Shown here in pieces: positions 37,362 to 39,962 of a stretch of 39,962 nt of DNA (its first letter is position 1; every line of letters starts with the position of its first letter). The notes below the pieces were generated by a model that saw only the letters and a program-made list of their open reading frames with translations, did not search any database and had not been told where the DNA came from. Made by a program: the position numbers and the translations under genes. The stretch is from Octopus bimaculoides (taxonomy: Eukaryota), in assembly GCF_001194135.2 (NCBI RefSeq), contig NC_068999.1, forward strand, positions 39,884,916 through 39,924,877, given 5' to 3'.

Positions 37362-38807
37362 CTGCTTGCAACATATAAAGGCACCCAATTCGATCAGAAA
37401 ATGTATGACAATTACTAGGAAGCTGTATTAAATTGCGAGCGACGTCTGCTTGTATGAATGTATGCATGTATGTGTGTGTGTGCCTATGCGTATTTGGTTT
37501 TCTATATATGTATGTTTGTATACACATATATATCATGTCACAATTAATGCTACTGATAACATGTAACCATGTAACACAGTACAACGCATGTGTGTTAATT
37601 TTGAGAGAAAATAGCGGAACACCTGACTGGATTGTGAAAGATGTATATTGGTGCGGACAATGGTTGTGGTTGTTGATGTGCGATGATTTATTTTCTGTAT
37701 CTGTGCAGTAATTACGTTTGTTTTCTTTTTGCTCGTTTTGAAGGAGAAAAGAATCGCATGACCTTATCCAATGTATGTGATTACCTGTCGAGTTACAAAT
37801 ATTTTTAATATAATGAAGCTATATTTAATGTAATCTACAAAAGGACCAACTAGGATGGCCACAGTTGAAACGTGTTTGATCAGAGGTCATCTAGATCAGC
37901 GCACATCTGTTTCTAAAAGAAATACTCTCTGAAAGGAACTTCAAACATACCAAAAATAAATTCTTTTAAACTATTATGTTTAACCATCCCGCCTTATCTA
38001 TAAATACCGAAAAGAGAAAGTCAACCCAATGTTTAAATGCTACTATAAATACATAACGTTTATTACTTCATCTATTTTAACTACTCAATCGAACACAACT
38101 AACTCGATGTTAATTTCTCCCCTCGAGAAGAAGATAATGATGTGATTTATTAATTACAGCTTGGATAAAAGAGAACTGTGTCGTTAATTAATGTACAACT
38201 AATGCGAATTTATTCTTTTCGAGAAAATTTTCTATTTATTGTTGTTAGTGTTCTTTAATTTGTATACAATCTTTTTAATTATTCAGTATATACGTATGTT
38301 CTTTAACATTTTATAACTTTTATTTCGTAAGTCCTTTATCGTTTATGGCAATGTATATATGTACATGATGTGTATATATTCATATGCGAACACGTATATG
38401 CATACATACATTATACCTACATATATATATTAATGTGTACATACAAATATATACATATATATTTAAGTATACATGAACACACACATGCACACGCATTCAC
38501 ACACATATATAAGAATTAGCATATTTCTAAAAACCTCCATGGAATCTAAGTATGTATTTTAAATTTACTTCATGTTGAGCGTCCTTCTTATTCTATACAT
38601 ACGCGCACAGATATATATCTATGTCATCATTTACACACAGGTGCGTGTATGTGTGAGTATGCACGCGCGCGTACCTCCCTATGCATGTGCGTACGTGTGT
38701 ATGTGGAGATAACGAACAAAGGATAAAAATATGCGAATATGCACATACGCAAACGCACGCAGACACATAGATATATATATACATATGCATATATATATAT
38801 ATATATA

Positions 38808-38904
38808 NNNNNNNNNNNNNNNNNNNNNNNNNNNNNNNNNNNNNNNNNNNNNNNNNNNNNNNNNNNNNNNNNNNNNNNNNNNNNNNNNNNNNNNNNNNNN
38901 NNNN
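38808..38904. other. Assembly gap (N run)
   Basis: N bases flanked by (TA)n. Confidence 1.
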
Positions 38905-39497
38905 ATATGTACTCATATACATATAAATGCTTACAACTTTTTCTTCCTTCTTCTTCGTTCGTAATGCGTAAACACATTAGTATCAGGAAATTAAGTGAAA
39001 CACACAAAAAGAAATAAAGAAAACATAAAAGAAGGAATTAGAATAAAATAAAATATATTCCAAACAACAGCAAACAGAGCCTGATGCATTTTAATTGTAA
39101 GTTGTGAGAGCCTAATGATTTTACAGGATGAAAGCACAAGTAAAGAAAAAAAAAACGAAAAAGTATAATAAATGGTATTTTTAAGTATGAAAACAAATTA
39201 ATGCATTGAACAAACATTTCGTTGTTGTAAATTTTCATTGCTTTACTTTTTCTATTATCGTTTCCTTTTTTTTTGTTTATATTTTTTATGTATATATATT
39301 CTCTTTCTTTCAAGTGCATGTTTATAATTTTTATTATTATTGTCATTATTATTTTAAGTCAACTTCCCCGTTTTGCTTGTCAAACTCTTTTATTTAACAT
39401 GTATTATTCTTACTTAAACGTCCTTATTTATTATTTAGCACTAATGTTCTTAGTTTCTTATATTTACAGCTTTTCAGTTCAATATCTTATATATATA

Positions 39498-39870
39498 TAC
39501 TCTTTTACTCTTTTACTTGTTTCAGTCATTTGACTGTGGCCATGCTGGAGCACCGCTTTTAGTCGAATAAATCGACCCCAGGACTTATTCTTTGTAAGCC
39601 TAGTACTTATTCTATCGGTCTGTTTTGGCGAACCGCTAAGTTACGGGGACGTAAACACAACAGCATCGGTTGTCAAGCGATGTTGGGGGGACAAACACAG
39701 ATACGCAAACATATACACACGCATACATATATACGCATATATACGACGGGCTTCTTTCAGTTTCCGTCTATCAAATCCACTCACAAGGCTTTGGTCGGCC
39801 GGAGGTTATAGTAGAAGACACTTGCCCAAGGTGCCACGCAGTGGGACTGAACTCGGAACCATGTGGTTGG
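39498..39870 (-). mobile_element. Young OK-like octopus SINE, lacking the extreme 5' (A-box) part of the tRNA head
   Basis: Minus strand reads ccaaccacatggttccgagttcagtcccactgcgtggcaccttgggcaagtgtcttctactata...gtgagtggatttgatagacggaaactgaaagaagcccgtcg...tttgtcccccaacatcgcttgacaaccgatgc...cttagcggttcgccaaaacagaccgatagaataagtactagg...ggtgctccagcatggccacagtcaaatgactgaaacaagtaaaagagtaaaagagta. It has a B box and a tandem (TAAAAGAG) tail, and matches octopus SINE sequence as I recall it. Confidence 0.9.
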
Positions 39871-39962
39871 TATATATATATATATATATAAACAAAAGTA
39901 AATGAGTATATGCATATATACGTACAGGTATGTGCATACCGACATCCACCTGTATGTATAGG

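Overview
This is AT-rich eukaryotic non-coding DNA (roughly one-third GC by eye), most likely from an octopus genome. I base that on my recollection of octopus tRNA-derived SINE families plus the very dense (TA)n/(CA)n/(AAT)n/(ATC)n microsatellites; a repeat-library search is needed to confirm it. There are nine N-gaps, nearly all bounded by microsatellites, as expected for a short-read scaffold. No intact protein-coding gene, rRNA, tRNA gene or CRISPR array is supported, and almost every ORF in the supplied track is microsatellite or gap translation. What can be supported is decayed retroelements: three to four fragments of an R4/Dong-clade non-LTR element, a CR1/Jockey-group LINE 3' end, weaker RT remnants, and about eight SINE copies from three families. 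I did not find a convincing new biological system. The most interesting leads are: a hairpin-loop micro-inversion in one SINE copy; an inverted SINE pair that could form dsRNA; retroelement junctions that repeatedly abut microsatellites; a three-copy palindromic CGATC-N6-GATCG mini-array; and an isolated 81-nt candidate exon on the minus strand.
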